Source: Squalus acanthias | Lineage: Eukaryota | Assembly (NCBI GenBank): GCA_030390025.1 | Contig: CM059432.1 | Span: forward strand, 131,628,001 to 131,692,000 | Length of the DNA: 64,000 nt | Reading direction: 5' to 3' | Shown here: piece by piece, positions 63,420 to 64,000 of the stretch | Numbering within the stretch: the first letter of the stretch is position 1 | How the letters are laid out: each line of letters opens with the position of its first letter | Position numbers and translations under genes: made by a program | The notes under the pieces: generated by a model | What the model saw: only the letters and a program-made list of their open reading frames with translations | The model's database searches: none | Told to the model about the DNA's origin: nothing

Positions 63420-64000
63420 AATGTCCTTCTCTGTCCGTAACTTTTTAAATTCTAAGTGTGAAAAATAAAATTGGTATGAGAACTAAAAAAAATAGCTGTT
63501 ATCTATTTTTTTTGAACTAATTTTGAATTAAAACACTGGGATCTGCTTTATCATTGCAAAGTTTAATGTTTGACCTGTCTGATTTAAAACGAAACCCGTT
63601 TAGAAAAATTCCTGTCTACAATGAGATGAGTCAGCAAACAAAATCTAAAAATAAAAATGGACTGTGGTGATTATTAAGTAACTTACGATATGGATGCACT
63701 ATACATATACCAACAGACAAATATGAAATTTGGGTGCTAATATCAGTAGTTCAACAGTAAATTTGTACCTGCTGTAACCTGTGAATAGAAACATTTGTTA
63801 GTGACACCTTGAAATGATACAAAGGGACGACCAGCCTGTGTAGTATTGTGCTTGTAGTAAGATCATTCTTAATATGCAAGTTTGATTGAGTAGTTGCTTA
63901 GTATTGCAAATTAATATTTTAACATTGATTTTGGAGATTGTTGTTTCTAATTTTAAAGCAAAGTAAACGTAGAAAATCAGAATGAAAAGGAGAGAAATAG

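Noticed and set aside
1..64000. CRISPR arrays or prokaryotic systems
   Set aside because: Spliced vertebrate genes and LINE/SINE content; no repeat-spacer arrays or operons.

Overview
Vertebrate genomic DNA, most likely a cartilaginous fish (shark/ray), judged from the CR1/HER-type LINEs, a HE1-like V-SINE, L2-tailed SINEs and Penelope-type ends. Two host genes lie on the + strand. (1) A complete 9-exon SNRNP48 (U11/U12 snRNP 48K; CDS 9176-25753, 390 aa after manual splicing, all phases compatible). Its intron 4 carries an intact autoregulatory cassette: an 8-nt frameshifting 'poison' microexon (18152-18159) followed by a tandem U12-type 5' splice-site enhancer (USSE, 18248-18275). (2) The 5' part of a FACIT-type collagen that I cannot assign to a named human gene. 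It encodes a signal peptide, an acidic Ser/Thr/Pro-rich exon with several Ser-Gly motifs, a TSPN/LamG-like NC domain, a Cys-rich linker and 54-bp Gly-X-Y exons with two RGD motifs, and it runs off the window end. Its position after SNRNP48 suggests a COL21A1/COL22A1-like paralogue that has no vWA domain and is absent from the human DSP-SNRNP48-BMP6 locus. The rest is dense, nested transposon debris: CR1, L2, RTE/BovB, Tx1, Penelope-type, a degraded PIF/Harbinger split by a CR1, and Harbinger-type MITEs. Exon coordinates were read base by base; most repeat boundaries are approximate.
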